NCBI GenBank assembly: GCA_018302765.1
Contig: JAGVZG010000002.1
Location: forward strand, 1-64,000
DNA length: 64,000 nucleotides
Origin: Candidatus Woesearchaeota archaeon
GTDB lineage: Archaea > Nanobdellota > Nanobdellia > SCGC-AAA011-G17 > GW2011-AR18
Reading direction: 5' to 3'
The notes under the pieces are model-generated. The model made no database searches, had not been told where the DNA came from, and worked only from the letters and a program-made list of their open reading frames with translations. The position numbers were made by a program, and so were the translations under genes. Positions 13,573 to 23,797 of the stretch are shown here, piece after piece (the stretch's first letter is position 1; the number at the start of each line of letters is the position of its first letter).

Positions 13573-16500
13573 ATGGTGGTTATCAAAAGACTAATTGCTA
13601 AAGGTTTTAAATCGTTTGCCAACAGAACAGAACTTTTATTCGGAAATGGATTTAACTGTATAATAGGGCCAAACGGATCAGGAAAAACTAATATCAGCGA
13701 CGCTTTATGCTTTGTTCTTGGAAAATCTTCTGCTCATGAAATGAGAGCTGAAAAATCAGCAAATTTAATTTTTAATGGGGGGAAAAAGGGAAGTCCTGCA
13801 AAAGAAGCTGAGGTTACAGTTGAGTTTGACAATTCTGAAGGAAAATTTTCTATAAAGGAAAGAGAAGTAAGGATAACTAGATTAGTAAAACATAATGGTA
13901 CAAGTATTTACAAAATAAATGAAGAAACAAGAACAAGACAACAAATTCTTGAACTACTGAACTCGGCAAAATTAGATCCAGACGGACATAATATAGTTTT
14001 ACAAGGTGACATTGTCTCTCTGGCAGAAATGAAGTCAGTAGAAAGACGCCAAGTAATAGAAGAAATTGCTGGCATTTCAATGTATGAAGAGAAAAAAGAA
14101 AAATGTCTTAGTGAATTGGGAAAAGTAGATGCAAAACTAAATGAAGCTGAAATAATACTGACTGAAAGAGAAGTCAATCTGAGAGAACTAAAAAAAGAAC
14201 GAGACCAAGCTATAAAATATAAGGAAATTCAAGAATCACTGAAAGACCATAAAGCTACTTTTCTAAACCTGCATATAAAGGAAAAACAAGAACGAGTAGA
14301 AGAAACAGAAAAAAGGAAAAAAGAAGCTGAAGATAAAACTGAAAAAATAAATCAGGAAATAAATTCTATAAAAGAATTAATAGGTAAAAATAAAGAAGAA
14401 ATAAATAAAATTAACAATGAGATAGAAGTCAAAAGCGAAAAAGACCAAGTAGTACTTAGAAAATATATAGAAGAATTAAAAACAGAAGTAGTCAAAGCTG
14501 GTTCCAGGCTTGAAGTCTGCCAGAATGAAATAACGAAAATAAAATCAAGAAAAGATCAGCTAAATAATAATATAAAAGAAGTAGAGGAGAAAATAAAAGA
14601 ACTTAAATCTAAAAGGCAAGAAAATGAGCAGGAATTAAAAAAGTCAAACAATGAAGAAAAAGATTTGGAAAAACAATTAATGGAATTTAGGGGAAAAAAT
14701 GGTATAGACACAGATATAAATAAATCTTTGGAGGAAGCTGATAAAGCATTTGATGACATAATTTTAAAAATAAACAAGCTTAATGAAGAGAAACAAAATA
14801 TAATTAGAAGTAAAGATCAAATAGTATTTAAATTAAACTTGGTAGAAGAGAGGCTTAAAACTCTAAAGGAAAGCCAAAAAGAATTGGATGATCTAAAAAA
14901 CAAAAAGAAAAAACTAAAAGATGTTAATGAAGACTTATCTAAATCACTAAACGAAGATTCTTCTTATTCATTACAATTAAATAAGTTAAGACAAGAAATA
15001 TCTCAAAATATAGAAGAACTTGCTAAACAAAGATCAAGGCAAATAGGCATTCAAGAAAGAAGTCTGGGAGATTTAGCTGTAAGAAAAATTGTAGAACTAA
15101 GAAATACAATTAAAGGAATTTATGGAACTGTATCTAGTCTAGGAGAAATAGAAAGCAAGTATTCATTGGCATTAGAAGTTGCAGCAGGCCATAGAATCAA
15201 TAGTATTGTAGTAGATACAGATGCTGTAGCGCAAAAATGTATAGAGCACCTAAAAAATAATAAATTAGGAGTAGCAACATTCTTGCCTTTGAACAAAATA
15301 AAATCCAGAATAATTGAGTCCAATGTAAAAGAAATATTAAACCAAAAAGGCGTTCATGGCTTGGCAGTTGAATTGGTAAGCCACGAGCCGAGGTACAAAG
15401 ATGTATTTTCTTATGTATTGGGCTCAACTGTTATAGTAGATAATTTGGAGACAGCTAGAAAAATCGGCGTTGGTAGAGCAAGAATGGTTACCTTAGAAGG
15501 TGATCTTGTTGAACCTTCTGGAGCAATGGTAGGCGGCTATAGAGTTCAAAAAACAGGCTTTGGGTTTAAAGAGAGAGAAATAAATGAAAATGTAGATAAC
15601 TTAGAAGAGCAATTAAATAAACAAAAAACACTATTTTCCCATGTAGAAAATAAAAAAATAAGTGGTGAAGAACTAATAAGAAATTTAAGAGAAGAAAGGG
15701 CAAATATTGAAGCAGAGATATTGAAAATTGAAAAAGCATTAAACTTGGAGGAAGACACAAGCAATCTAATAAATGGAAAAAAAGAACTTCTTGATGAACA
15801 AAAGAAACTTGAGAAAGAATTAATGATTATAGAATCAAGTATAAAACATGAAACAAAAGAATTAGAAGACACTAAAAGCAAAAAGCAGATACTAAAAGAT
15901 AAACTTGCAGATCCTAGCCTGTCAAAGAATTTGGAAAAATTAGAAGATAAAAGATTAAAGATAAAAGAAAAGTTGCTTGAAATACAAGGCAATATAAAAA
16001 ATATAGATACACAGATTGTATCTATGCTTCTACCAGAAAAAGAAAAAACTGAAAAAATAATTAAACAGCAAGACAAAGAGTATGATGATTTTGTGAGAGA
16101 ATTGGAAAATGTAAAAGAATTGATAAAGAAAAGAGAGCAAGAACTTAAATCAAAGGAACAAGAAGAAAGGAAATTCCTGTCTAATTTTAAAGACATTGTA
16201 ACAAAGAGAAATAAATTAACTGAAAAAATACAGAACTCAGAAACAGACATAGCAAGAGAAGAAGAAAAATTAAAAGGGAGTGAACAAAAGTTAAATAACA
16301 TAAACATTGACAGAGCAAAGGCTGTCGCAGAAAAGGAAGCTTTAGAGAAGGAATTTGAGCCATTTAAAGATGCAAAAATAAAAAGAGGACTAAATCTCGA
16401 AGAATTAAAAATAAAAATACGTGACGACGAGAAAACCCTGAATAGTATAGGAAATGTAAACTTAAGAGCTTTAGAGGTTTATGAACAGATACAGCAAGAG

Positions 16501-17034
16501 TATGATAAAATTTTAGGAAAAGTTGGTAAATTAAAATTTGAAAAAGATGACGTTTTGAAAATGATGACAGAAATAGAAAGCAAAAAAAAGGATATTTTCA
16601 TGAAAACTTATAATGTTATAGTTAAAAATTTCAAAGAAATATTTAATCAGCTGACAACAAAAGGGGAGGCACAAATAACACTTGAGAACCAGGAAAATCC
16701 TTTTGATGGCGGTATTGATATTAATGTAAAAGTCAGCGGTTCTAAATACCTTGACATAAGGAGCTTATCTGGCGGAGAAAAAACTATGGCTGCACTAGCA
16801 TTTATATTTGCAATACAAGAATATGATCCGTCTCCATTCTACTTACTAGATGAAGTAGATGCTGCTTTAGACAAAAGGAACTCAGAATTATTATCTAAAT
16901 TAATACAGAAATATGCACAAAAAGCCCAATACGTTGTAATTAGCCATAATGACAGCATTATTTCAGAAGCAAATTATATTTATGGAGTTTCAATGCAGGA
17001 AAATGTAAGCAAAGTTGTTAGTTTAAAAGTTTAA
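13573..17034 (+). CDS. smc: Chromosome segregation protein SMC
   Basis: Walker A GPNGSGKT, long coiled coils, hinge (GRARMVTLEGD), signature LSGGEK, Walker B LLDEVDAALD. Confidence 0.97.
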   Translation: MVVIKRLIAKGFKSFANRTELLFGNGFNCIIGPNGSGKTNISDALCFVLGKSSAHEMRAEKSANLIFNGGKKGSPAKEAEVTVEFDNSEGKFSIKEREVRITRLVKHNGTSIYKINEETRTRQQILELLNSAKLDPDGHNIVLQGDIVSLAEMKSVERRQVIEEIAGISMYEEKKEKCLSELGKVDAKLNEAEIILTEREVNLRELKKERDQAIKYKEIQESLKDHKATFLNLHIKEKQERVEETEKRKKEAEDKTEKINQEINSIKELIGKNKEEINKINNEIEVKSEKDQVVLRKYIEELKTEVVKAGSRLEVCQNEITKIKSRKDQLNNNIKEVEEKIKELKSKRQENEQELKKSNNEEKDLEKQLMEFRGKNGIDTDINKSLEEADKAFDDIILKINKLNEEKQNIIRSKDQIVFKLNLVEERLKTLKESQKELDDLKNKKKKLKDVNEDLSKSLNEDSSYSLQLNKLRQEISQNIEELAKQRSRQIGIQERSLGDLAVRKIVELRNTIKGIYGTVSSLGEIESKYSLALEVAAGHRINSIVVDTDAVAQKCIEHLKNNKLGVATFLPLNKIKSRIIESNVKEILNQKGVHGLAVELVSHEPRYKDVFSYVLGSTVIVDNLETARKIGVGRARMVTLEGDLVEPSGAMVGGYRVQKTGFGFKEREINENVDNLEEQLNKQKTLFSHVENKKISGEELIRNLREERANIEAEILKIEKALNLEEDTSNLINGKKELLDEQKKLEKELMIIESSIKHETKELEDTKSKKQILKDKLADPSLSKNLEKLEDKRLKIKEKLLEIQGNIKNIDTQIVSMLLPEKEKTEKIIKQQDKEYDDFVRELENVKELIKKREQELKSKEQEERKFLSNFKDIVTKRNKLTEKIQNSETDIAREEEKLKGSEQKLNNINIDRAKAVAEKEALEKEFEPFKDAKIKRGLNLEELKIKIRDDEKTLNSIGNVNLRALEVYEQIQQEYDKILGKVGKLKFEKDDVLKMMTEIESKKKDIFMKTYNVIVKNFKEIFNQLTTKGEAQITLENQENPFDGGIDINVKVSGSKYLDIRSLSGGEKTMAALAFIFAIQEYDPSPFYLLDEVDAALDKRNSELLSKLIQKYAQKAQYVVISHNDSIISEANYIYGVSMQENVSKVVSLKV

Positions 17035-19032
17035 TTATTCTTCAACTTTATCTTTTATATCTTCAACATCTTCGCTGGATTTATTTTTTATCTTCTTAGA
17101 ACTTTTTTTATCCTTGCTACTAAATATAACAACTAATAAAATTATCACTAGTATTGTTATAACTATGCCTAAAATATAATATTTATATTTACCAATAGAA
17201 CTTTTATCATTATTAACTTTGATAACACTTGTAACATTATTAAACTGAATTCTTTCCTCTTCACTTACAAAAGCTTTTCTAATAAAAGACTTAAATTTCT
17301 GCCAGTATGATATTTCATCTACTGGTTTTTTACCATTGTCTAAACTTGTTTTTAATGGCTGTGCTATTTGTGTAGTTTTTTCTTTTACATTTGTAATTTC
17401 TATATTAAATTTCTTAGTAGTTAATAATGGCCCATTCTTAACATTCAATGACACTACACTGTCATAACTGCCTAATTTTACATTTATATTTGGAGCAACA
17501 TAAATATAAACTATTTCACTTCTTCCAGGATCAATACTTACAGCACTTGGAGCCAAAGTCGAGAATGTTGCCGCGTTACCGCTTAAAAATAAACTAAACT
17601 CTGCCTTTCTTACACCATTGTTTTTAATTTCTATAGGAACTGCAGTACTTGAATCATAATAAACAACCAAATTTGTATATTTGGTTTCTATACTTGGCTT
17701 ATAGCAATTTTCTGCATCTTTGACATCTATACTTAATTCATCAATGTCATTGGCTGAGACAGAACTATCGTCAGTTGCAACAGCTCTTAATTTTACATCA
17801 TATTCCTGGTCTTTTACTGAATCTATAGGAGATGCTTTAACCACAACTTTCTTCTGTTCCTTAGGATCTAGTGTAAATACTCTGTCTTTTTCATCAAGCA
17901 CTATCCAAGAAGGCGCCTCTAGTTCTAATCTATAACTTTTTTTCACCTCACCATCATTTGTGATTAACGCTTCATAATTATTTACTGCGCCTTTGCATGC
18001 ATCTACTTTATCGTACAGAAATTTAACATCTACAGAATGGCATTTTCTAACAGTTATACCAAAGTCTGTTACAGATTTTGCATTTCCTTTCTCTGGAACA
18101 ACAGTAAGTCTTATCCCATAATCCCCAGCAGAACCATAATTTGGGGCAAATATTAGATTAAATGTTCTAGCTTCCTGATCTTTTAGGACAAATTCATTCT
18201 TTTCAACTCTTACCCAAACTGGGCCATCAATATTTATCTTGTAGCTGTTTAATGTTGTTCCACTATTTTTTAAATTTAAAGGTATAACAACATAACTTCT
18301 GTCGCATAAATTATAAGTATTATTGCCGCTAACTTTTAAATTAAAATCATAACAAGAATTAACATTTAAAAATATAGGCAATGATTCCCTCACTCTGCCG
18401 CTCTCGCTCTCTGATATTAAAGTAAGAACATAATCACTTGGATCAACTGGAGAATTTACAAACAACAAAATAGTTTTGCTTTCTTTCTTTCCCAATACCA
18501 ATAGGTTATCACTTAAACTTGCTCTTGGCGCAAGATTTCCATTTAAACTTAAACGAAAAGTTTCTGAATATTCACCATTATTAGTTAAAGTTATACTATA
18601 TTGTATTGGATCATTTGGACAAGATGTTTTTGAGTTAGGCAAAGCAGACAGACTTACACTATAACAATTCTTTACTACAACATCATGGCTTACAGTTTTA
18701 GTGTCATCTGCAGCACTTGCCTCAATCTGCAAATTATAAGTGCCTGGTTCAGCTGACTGACTTGGTGTAATATATGTAAAAACTGTCTTTTGTTCTCCAG
18801 CACTTAAAATAAAACCACTAGGAACTACTGTTGCCCAAGAAGAAGCACTGCCTTTTAAATTTATAGTGTATTCCTTAACAAGATTATTATCATTTTTTAT
18901 TATATGTGTAAATTGCCCGGTCTCTCTAGGACATAAATTATCACTTAAACCTTGAGGAGTAATTTCTACAGCATTGACAATAGATAAAATTAAAAGAAAA
19001 CCAATAAATAAAATTATACTTCTTCCTTGCAT
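17035..19032 (-). CDS. Cell-surface protein with tandem Ig-like (NEW3/CARDB-like) repeats and C-terminal TM anchor
   Basis: Signal peptide, repeated N.G....Y.L/I...P.W units, C-terminal hydrophobic helix then basic tail. Confidence 0.7.
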   Translation of the reverse strand: MQGRSIILFIGFLLILSIVNAVEITPQGLSDNLCPRETGQFTHIIKNDNNLVKEYTINLKGSASSWATVVPSGFILSAGEQKTVFTYITPSQSAEPGTYNLQIEASAADDTKTVSHDVVVKNCYSVSLSALPNSKTSCPNDPIQYSITLTNNGEYSETFRLSLNGNLAPRASLSDNLLVLGKKESKTILLFVNSPVDPSDYVLTLISESESGRVRESLPIFLNVNSCYDFNLKVSGNNTYNLCDRSYVVIPLNLKNSGTTLNSYKINIDGPVWVRVEKNEFVLKDQEARTFNLIFAPNYGSAGDYGIRLTVVPEKGNAKSVTDFGITVRKCHSVDVKFLYDKVDACKGAVNNYEALITNDGEVKKSYRLELEAPSWIVLDEKDRVFTLDPKEQKKVVVKASPIDSVKDQEYDVKLRAVATDDSSVSANDIDELSIDVKDAENCYKPSIETKYTNLVVYYDSSTAVPIEIKNNGVRKAEFSLFLSGNAATFSTLAPSAVSIDPGRSEIVYIYVAPNINVKLGSYDSVVSLNVKNGPLLTTKKFNIEITNVKEKTTQIAQPLKTSLDNGKKPVDEISYWQKFKSFIRKAFVSEEERIQFNNVTSVIKVNNDKSSIGKYKYYILGIVITILVIILLVVIFSSKDKKSSKKIKNKSSEDVEDIKDKVEE

Positions 19033-19053
19033 TAAAAAACACCTTTTTTGTGC

Positions 19054-20394
19054 TTAGTAATAAGTCTGTCCTTCAATACCTTTATCGTCTCTTGAGGAAA
19101 GTTTCTTTACAAGCACTACTACAACTAGCAATACTAAAACCACTAGCAATACTAAAAATGCCCATGTGAATGCTGTCTTTAAATTTAATTCTTTATTTTT
19201 ATTTTCAAGTACTTCAACGCTTAAACTTTTCTCTGCAACTAAAGCATTATCGGACATTACTTTTACTGTAAAAGTCTTTATGCCTTTCATTCCAGGCTTA
19301 GGCGCTACATAAACATAAGCATCAGATGCACTATTTGATTGCACTACTAAAGTACCTGGATCAACTTTTGAATTTGCCCAGTCACTTACTCCGACTAAAT
19401 CAAATGTATAAGCTATAGTCTGCTGACCTAGATTGCCTAAACTTAATTTGAATACTGCTCCATTTCCTTCTTCCAATCTTTGAGCTTGGCTATCTACATT
19501 TAAAGTAGTTACTGGCTTTGAAGGCTGAGCTGGAGGAACAACAACTTGAGTTCCTTTAACATGCATTTTGTATGTTTTTTGTTCAACACTTCTTCCCCTA
19601 TTATATTCAAGCATTACAACAACATTGTAATCCCCTTCTTGTGTATTCTGAGGTACCATCAATAATAAGTCATTTGATGTTGCTGCGTCTTTAGCTTCTG
19701 AATCATCTTTATCAGATTCTACTGTATTTAATCTATCAACATACTCGCTTGTTTGTACTCCCAATGCAGGCATAGCAACAGTAACTTTTATACTGTTTTC
19801 AACATTATCGCCTAAATTCTCTAGTCTTACATTAGCAAATAATGGCTGACCTGCTTGTACATTATTTGTAGGATTAAATATAACATCAAAAACATTCAAT
19901 CTATGTCTTACTTCTTGTATTCTTACAGAATACCTAACAATAACAAGGTCATCATCATCTTTCAATTCTACATTTAATGTTAAATCATCACTTGAAGGCA
20001 TATCTTCTGGAAGCCTAAATCTTAATACTTTTCTGTATTGCACTCCAGGTTCAACTTCAAAAGGACCTTCAACGTCTCTTACGTCATCATATTCATATCC
20101 ATTTATTTCAGCAGAAACTTTAGTATCATAACAACGATTGTTATTTCCTGAACTACATTTACCATAAGGATTTCCTGTAAAATAAACCTCAACAACAACT
20201 TCTTCTTCTCTCTCTAAATAAACAGGTGAAAAGTCGTTAACTCTCTGATTGTTTACTTCTACTTTATTTACAGTAACAAATGGCTCTTCTAAATTACTAA
20301 AGCCATTATCAATAGCAAGTACGCTTGTAACAGCGCTAGTTGTAAATAAAACCAAAGTTAGTATAATCAATGCAAACAATCTCAAACTTTTCAT
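19054..20394 (-). CDS. Cell-surface (S-layer-like) protein with Ig-like domains and C-terminal TM anchor
   Basis: Signal peptide, beta-rich Ig-like segments, C-terminal TM helix. Confidence 0.7.
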   Translation of the reverse strand: MKSLRLFALIILTLVLFTTSAVTSVLAIDNGFSNLEEPFVTVNKVEVNNQRVNDFSPVYLEREEEVVVEVYFTGNPYGKCSSGNNNRCYDTKVSAEINGYEYDDVRDVEGPFEVEPGVQYRKVLRFRLPEDMPSSDDLTLNVELKDDDDLVIVRYSVRIQEVRHRLNVFDVIFNPTNNVQAGQPLFANVRLENLGDNVENSIKVTVAMPALGVQTSEYVDRLNTVESDKDDSEAKDAATSNDLLLMVPQNTQEGDYNVVVMLEYNRGRSVEQKTYKMHVKGTQVVVPPAQPSKPVTTLNVDSQAQRLEEGNGAVFKLSLGNLGQQTIAYTFDLVGVSDWANSKVDPGTLVVQSNSASDAYVYVAPKPGMKGIKTFTVKVMSDNALVAEKSLSVEVLENKNKELNLKTAFTWAFLVLLVVLVLLVVVVLVKKLSSRDDKGIEGQTYY

Positions 20395-20483
20395 CTTAAT
20401 TTTCCCCCCATAAAAAACACTACAAATTGTGTTACCATTTTGGAGTCGTTACTTATTTATAAACCTTTTGGTAGCAAATAAAT

Positions 20484-22601
20484 TCAAGCAACAACGAAAT
20501 CCCAAAATGCATTATTATTGCTATTTACTAAATCATCCTCTTCCATAACTTCTAATTTTGCCAGATGCAATCCAGAAGCAGCATTTGTCGGAATTTCTAA
20601 ATTAAGCATTACCCACTTCACCTGCTTTGCTTCTAAATTAACATTTCTTACAACGTAAACATAATTAAATTCAGGCACTCTTAATCTTAAGTCAACTGTT
20701 TCATCAACATTTCCTTCATTTACCAATTTTGTAAGCAAAGCAATATTTTCTCCTTTTGAATATATGAACTTATAGTTTAATGGCATCAATCTTCCAACTC
20801 TAATGTCTCTCTGCTCTACTTTTTTAGATCCATGCTCTACTCTTTGTTTATCATAATCTGGGCCTCTATCAACATTTCCGGCATTTAATACTAAAGATTT
20901 ACTGCCTGTTGCACCTTTGTCATCTGTAACTGTAAGTGTAACAGTATATAATCCTGGATTTATGTAAGTGTGTTTTGTAACTTGGTTTGTATTTATTGTT
21001 TCATCTCCGAAATCCCATTTGTATGCAACTATAAAACCATCAGGATCAAAACTTCTCAAGGCTTTAAATTCCAATGGAAATCCTAAAAATGCAATATCAT
21101 TGCTTACGTCAATAACAGCTACAGGATTTCTATTACCTAAATTATCGTCTAATACATTAATTGTTATTGTGTCTTCTCCTTTTAATCCATCATTATCAAA
21201 TATTACTAAATCTACTTTGTATTGACCTGATTGAGTGTAAGCATGGGAACGTATTAAATCAGCAGGATTTATAGGGCCTCCAAAAGTAATATGTACTCCA
21301 GTGGATCCATCACCAAAACTCCAACTATAACTCACAATATTTCCATCAGGATCAGAACTTTGGCCCCAATTAAATGTTACAGCTTCTCCAACACCAACAG
21401 TAAACTTATCTGCACTTATTTTAGCTATTGGAGGCAACTGATTAGCAACATTTGCAGGATTAACAACTATAAATTTTGTATCCCTAATTGTAGAGCCTTT
21501 ATCATCCATTACTTCTAATGAAACAGCATAAACGCCAGGATTTTGATAAACAACCTGAACTACAGGACCATTAGTTGTCCTTCCGTCTCCCAAGTCCCAA
21601 TTATAATTTACAATATTTCCATCAGGATCAAAACTCTTAGTTCCAATTAATTGAAAAGGAATACCTGCAAAAATATTAGCAACGCTTGTCTCTATTATAG
21701 GAACTGGCAGTTGATTAGGCCTTGGATTAACTGTAATTATTAAAGTATCGCTGCTTGTTAAGCCATCATTATCAGTTACTGTTAATCTAGCAATATACAC
21801 ACCTTCAGGGCTATATGAATGTTGAACAACTAATCCAGATGCAGAAGTGCCATCGCCGAATTCCCAATTATAATTTACAATATTTCCATCAGGATCAAAA
21901 CTTTGATCTCCTCTGAATGTTATAGCTTCTCCAATAATAGCAATAAATTTATCTGCACTTATTTTAGCTACTGGAGGAAAAAGATTATCTTGACCGACAA
22001 AATTAATAACAATCCTATCTGTAACAAAATTCACTCCGTCATTAACATTTAATATAACATTATACGTACCTGCCCTATTATACTTGTGTGCTGGAACTAA
22101 AGTATTGCTTAGGCCACTAGAACCATCGCCGAAATCCCAGCTAATAACCAAATTATTATTTTCAGGATCGTTAGCAACAGCTGTAAACTGAACTGTAGTT
22201 CCTGTCAAAAAACTTGAACCATCGCTAGGAGAGGTAATATCAATAACAGGTGGCCTGTTCTGCTGAGGTGGCAAATTGTCTGATGCCACATTTACACTTG
22301 CAGTGCCAACGAAAAATTGGCCTGGAGCGAAAACAGCACACACTATATAATCCCTAGGGTTTGTTCTTGAAGAAGGATAAACCCATGTATTTCCTATTGT
22401 CCTATCTTGTGCACCATTTATGTACCATAAAAATAAGTATCTTCCAAGATCACTAAGAGCAACGTTGTCCAAATTGCACTTCAAATCATCGCTGTCTTTT
22501 GGAGATGAAGGAGTTATAGAAACTTGGGTAGCAGCAGATACTGCTAATGAGAATAACAATAAACTACACAAAATTAAAAATAAAAGTCTAACAGCTTTCA
22601 T
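20484..22601 (-). CDS. Secreted PKD-repeat surface protein
   Basis: About five PKD units (SFDPDGNIV.Y.WDFGDG...HTY..PG.Y.V.L.VTD..G); signal peptide. Confidence 0.88.
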   Translation of the reverse strand: MKAVRLLFLILCSLLLFSLAVSAATQVSITPSSPKDSDDLKCNLDNVALSDLGRYLFLWYINGAQDRTIGNTWVYPSSRTNPRDYIVCAVFAPGQFFVGTASVNVASDNLPPQQNRPPVIDITSPSDGSSFLTGTTVQFTAVANDPENNNLVISWDFGDGSSGLSNTLVPAHKYNRAGTYNVILNVNDGVNFVTDRIVINFVGQDNLFPPVAKISADKFIAIIGEAITFRGDQSFDPDGNIVNYNWEFGDGTSASGLVVQHSYSPEGVYIARLTVTDNDGLTSSDTLIITVNPRPNQLPVPIIETSVANIFAGIPFQLIGTKSFDPDGNIVNYNWDLGDGRTTNGPVVQVVYQNPGVYAVSLEVMDDKGSTIRDTKFIVVNPANVANQLPPIAKISADKFTVGVGEAVTFNWGQSSDPDGNIVSYSWSFGDGSTGVHITFGGPINPADLIRSHAYTQSGQYKVDLVIFDNDGLKGEDTITINVLDDNLGNRNPVAVIDVSNDIAFLGFPLEFKALRSFDPDGFIVAYKWDFGDETINTNQVTKHTYINPGLYTVTLTVTDDKGATGSKSLVLNAGNVDRGPDYDKQRVEHGSKKVEQRDIRVGRLMPLNYKFIYSKGENIALLTKLVNEGNVDETVDLRLRVPEFNYVYVVRNVNLEAKQVKWVMLNLEIPTNAASGLHLAKLEVMEEDDLVNSNNNAFWDFVVA
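21596..21902. repeat. Identical 40-bp intragenic direct repeat (21596-21635 and 21863-21902) in the PKD gene
   Basis: cccaattataatttacaatatttccatcaggatcaaaact present twice; a related copy lies near 21275-21300. Confidence 0.85.
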
Positions 22602-22853
22602 GAAAGTTTTAATGTTATCACTATTATATAAATTTTTCTATATGTATCTATTTGTAAGTAATAACAATAGTTGTTATAGAAACGCGGTAAAAATATAAAT
22701 ACTAATTTTAGGTTTTTATTTACGGCAATAAGAAATATTAATGTTTTTAAGTGATATTTATAATATAACTTTGATATTAAAATATATTCTAATAATAATT
22801 ATCAATTGTATTTTAAATAATAAATCTAAAAAATGATAAGCATATAAAAAAGA

Positions 22854-22987
22854 TGGGGACGCAGGGATTTGAACCCTGATCCAACGGTATCTTCATCGAA
22901 GCGACATACCGTTTTTATATCATTGCTTTTCAGCTCATCGCTCCATTACTGGAGCCGTTAATTCTAGCCAGGTTAAACTACGCCCCC
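22854..22987 (-). tRNA. tRNA-Trp(CCA) with 60-nt intron at 37/38
   Basis: Acceptor GGGGGCG/CGTCCCC-A; anticodon stem AACGG/CCGTT; loop CT-CCA-G|A; T-arm CAGGG-TTCAAAT-CCCTG; mature 74 nt. Confidence 0.95.
22889..22948 (-). ncRNA. tRNA-Trp intron, putative box C/D guide RNA
   Basis: Tracts antisense to tRNA positions 31-36 (TGGAGC) and 38-43 (AACGGT); K-turn-like ATGA-GCT-GAAA-AGC-AAT-GA. Confidence 0.6.
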
Positions 22988-23077
22988 ATTAGATATTCTG
23001 ATAAAATATTATTATTTAAAACATTCTATTTATTGTTTAACATGTAGGTTTTTATAGGCAATAATTACAATTATTAT

Positions 23078-23734
23078 ATGATAAAACATCTAAACATAGA
23101 AATTAAACTAATTAGAAAAAAGTGTAAAAAATATCAAAATCCAATAGTTACTGAAATTGCAGACTTAACAAAAAGTCCTTTCAAAGTTTTAATTTCCTGT
23201 TTATTGAGTTTGAGAACAAAAGATGCAGTTACAGCAAAAGCATCTAGAAGGCTATTTGATGTTGCAGACACGCCAGAAAAAATTTTGAAATTAGACATAA
23301 AAGAAATTGAAAAATTGATTTATCCTGTTGGTTTTTACAAAACTAAAGCAAAAAGACTAAATGAAATATGTAAAGTTTTAATTGAAAATTATCATGGAAA
23401 AGTTCCAAACAAAGAAGAAGAACTTCTTAAACTTAAAGGCGTTGGCAGAAAAACAATGAACATAGTCATGACTTATGGTTTTCATAGTGCAAAACATATT
23501 GCAGTTGATACGCATGTTCATAGGATATCAAATAGATTGGAGTGGGTTAAAACTAAAAAACCAGAAGAAACAGAACAAGAATTACTGAAAGCAATTCCTA
23601 AAAAACACTGGCATGATATAAACAATGATTTAGTTATGTTTGGACAAAATATATGTGTGCCTATAAGCCCATTTTGCTCCAAGTGTCCTGTAAATAAATA
23701 TTGTCCAAAAATTGGAGTTACTAGAAACAGATAA
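23078..23734 (+). CDS. nth: Endonuclease III
   Basis: HhH LKGVGRKT, AVDTHVHRISNR, Fe-S motif CVPISPFCSKCPVNKYC. Confidence 0.95.
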   Translation: MIKHLNIEIKLIRKKCKKYQNPIVTEIADLTKSPFKVLISCLLSLRTKDAVTAKASRRLFDVADTPEKILKLDIKEIEKLIYPVGFYKTKAKRLNEICKVLIENYHGKVPNKEEELLKLKGVGRKTMNIVMTYGFHSAKHIAVDTHVHRISNRLEWVKTKKPEETEQELLKAIPKKHWHDINNDLVMFGQNICVPISPFCSKCPVNKYCPKIGVTRNR

Positions 23735-23797
23735 ATTAAGTAATAATTAATTTCTCTTCTTTGTTGAAATAAATTCTAATATATTGTACAATAGAAA

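Noticed and set aside
13877-16307. Several ORFs antisense to or overlapping smc (e.g. 15546..16307)
   Set aside because: These are Phe/Ser/Leu-rich shadows of the Lys/Glu-rich coiled-coil codons. The same applies to similar short ORFs over gyrA, gyrB, gapN, gltX and polX.
21270-21980. CRISPR array
   Set aside because: The repeats are in-frame parts of PKD domains about 267 bp or more apart, and no cas genes are present.
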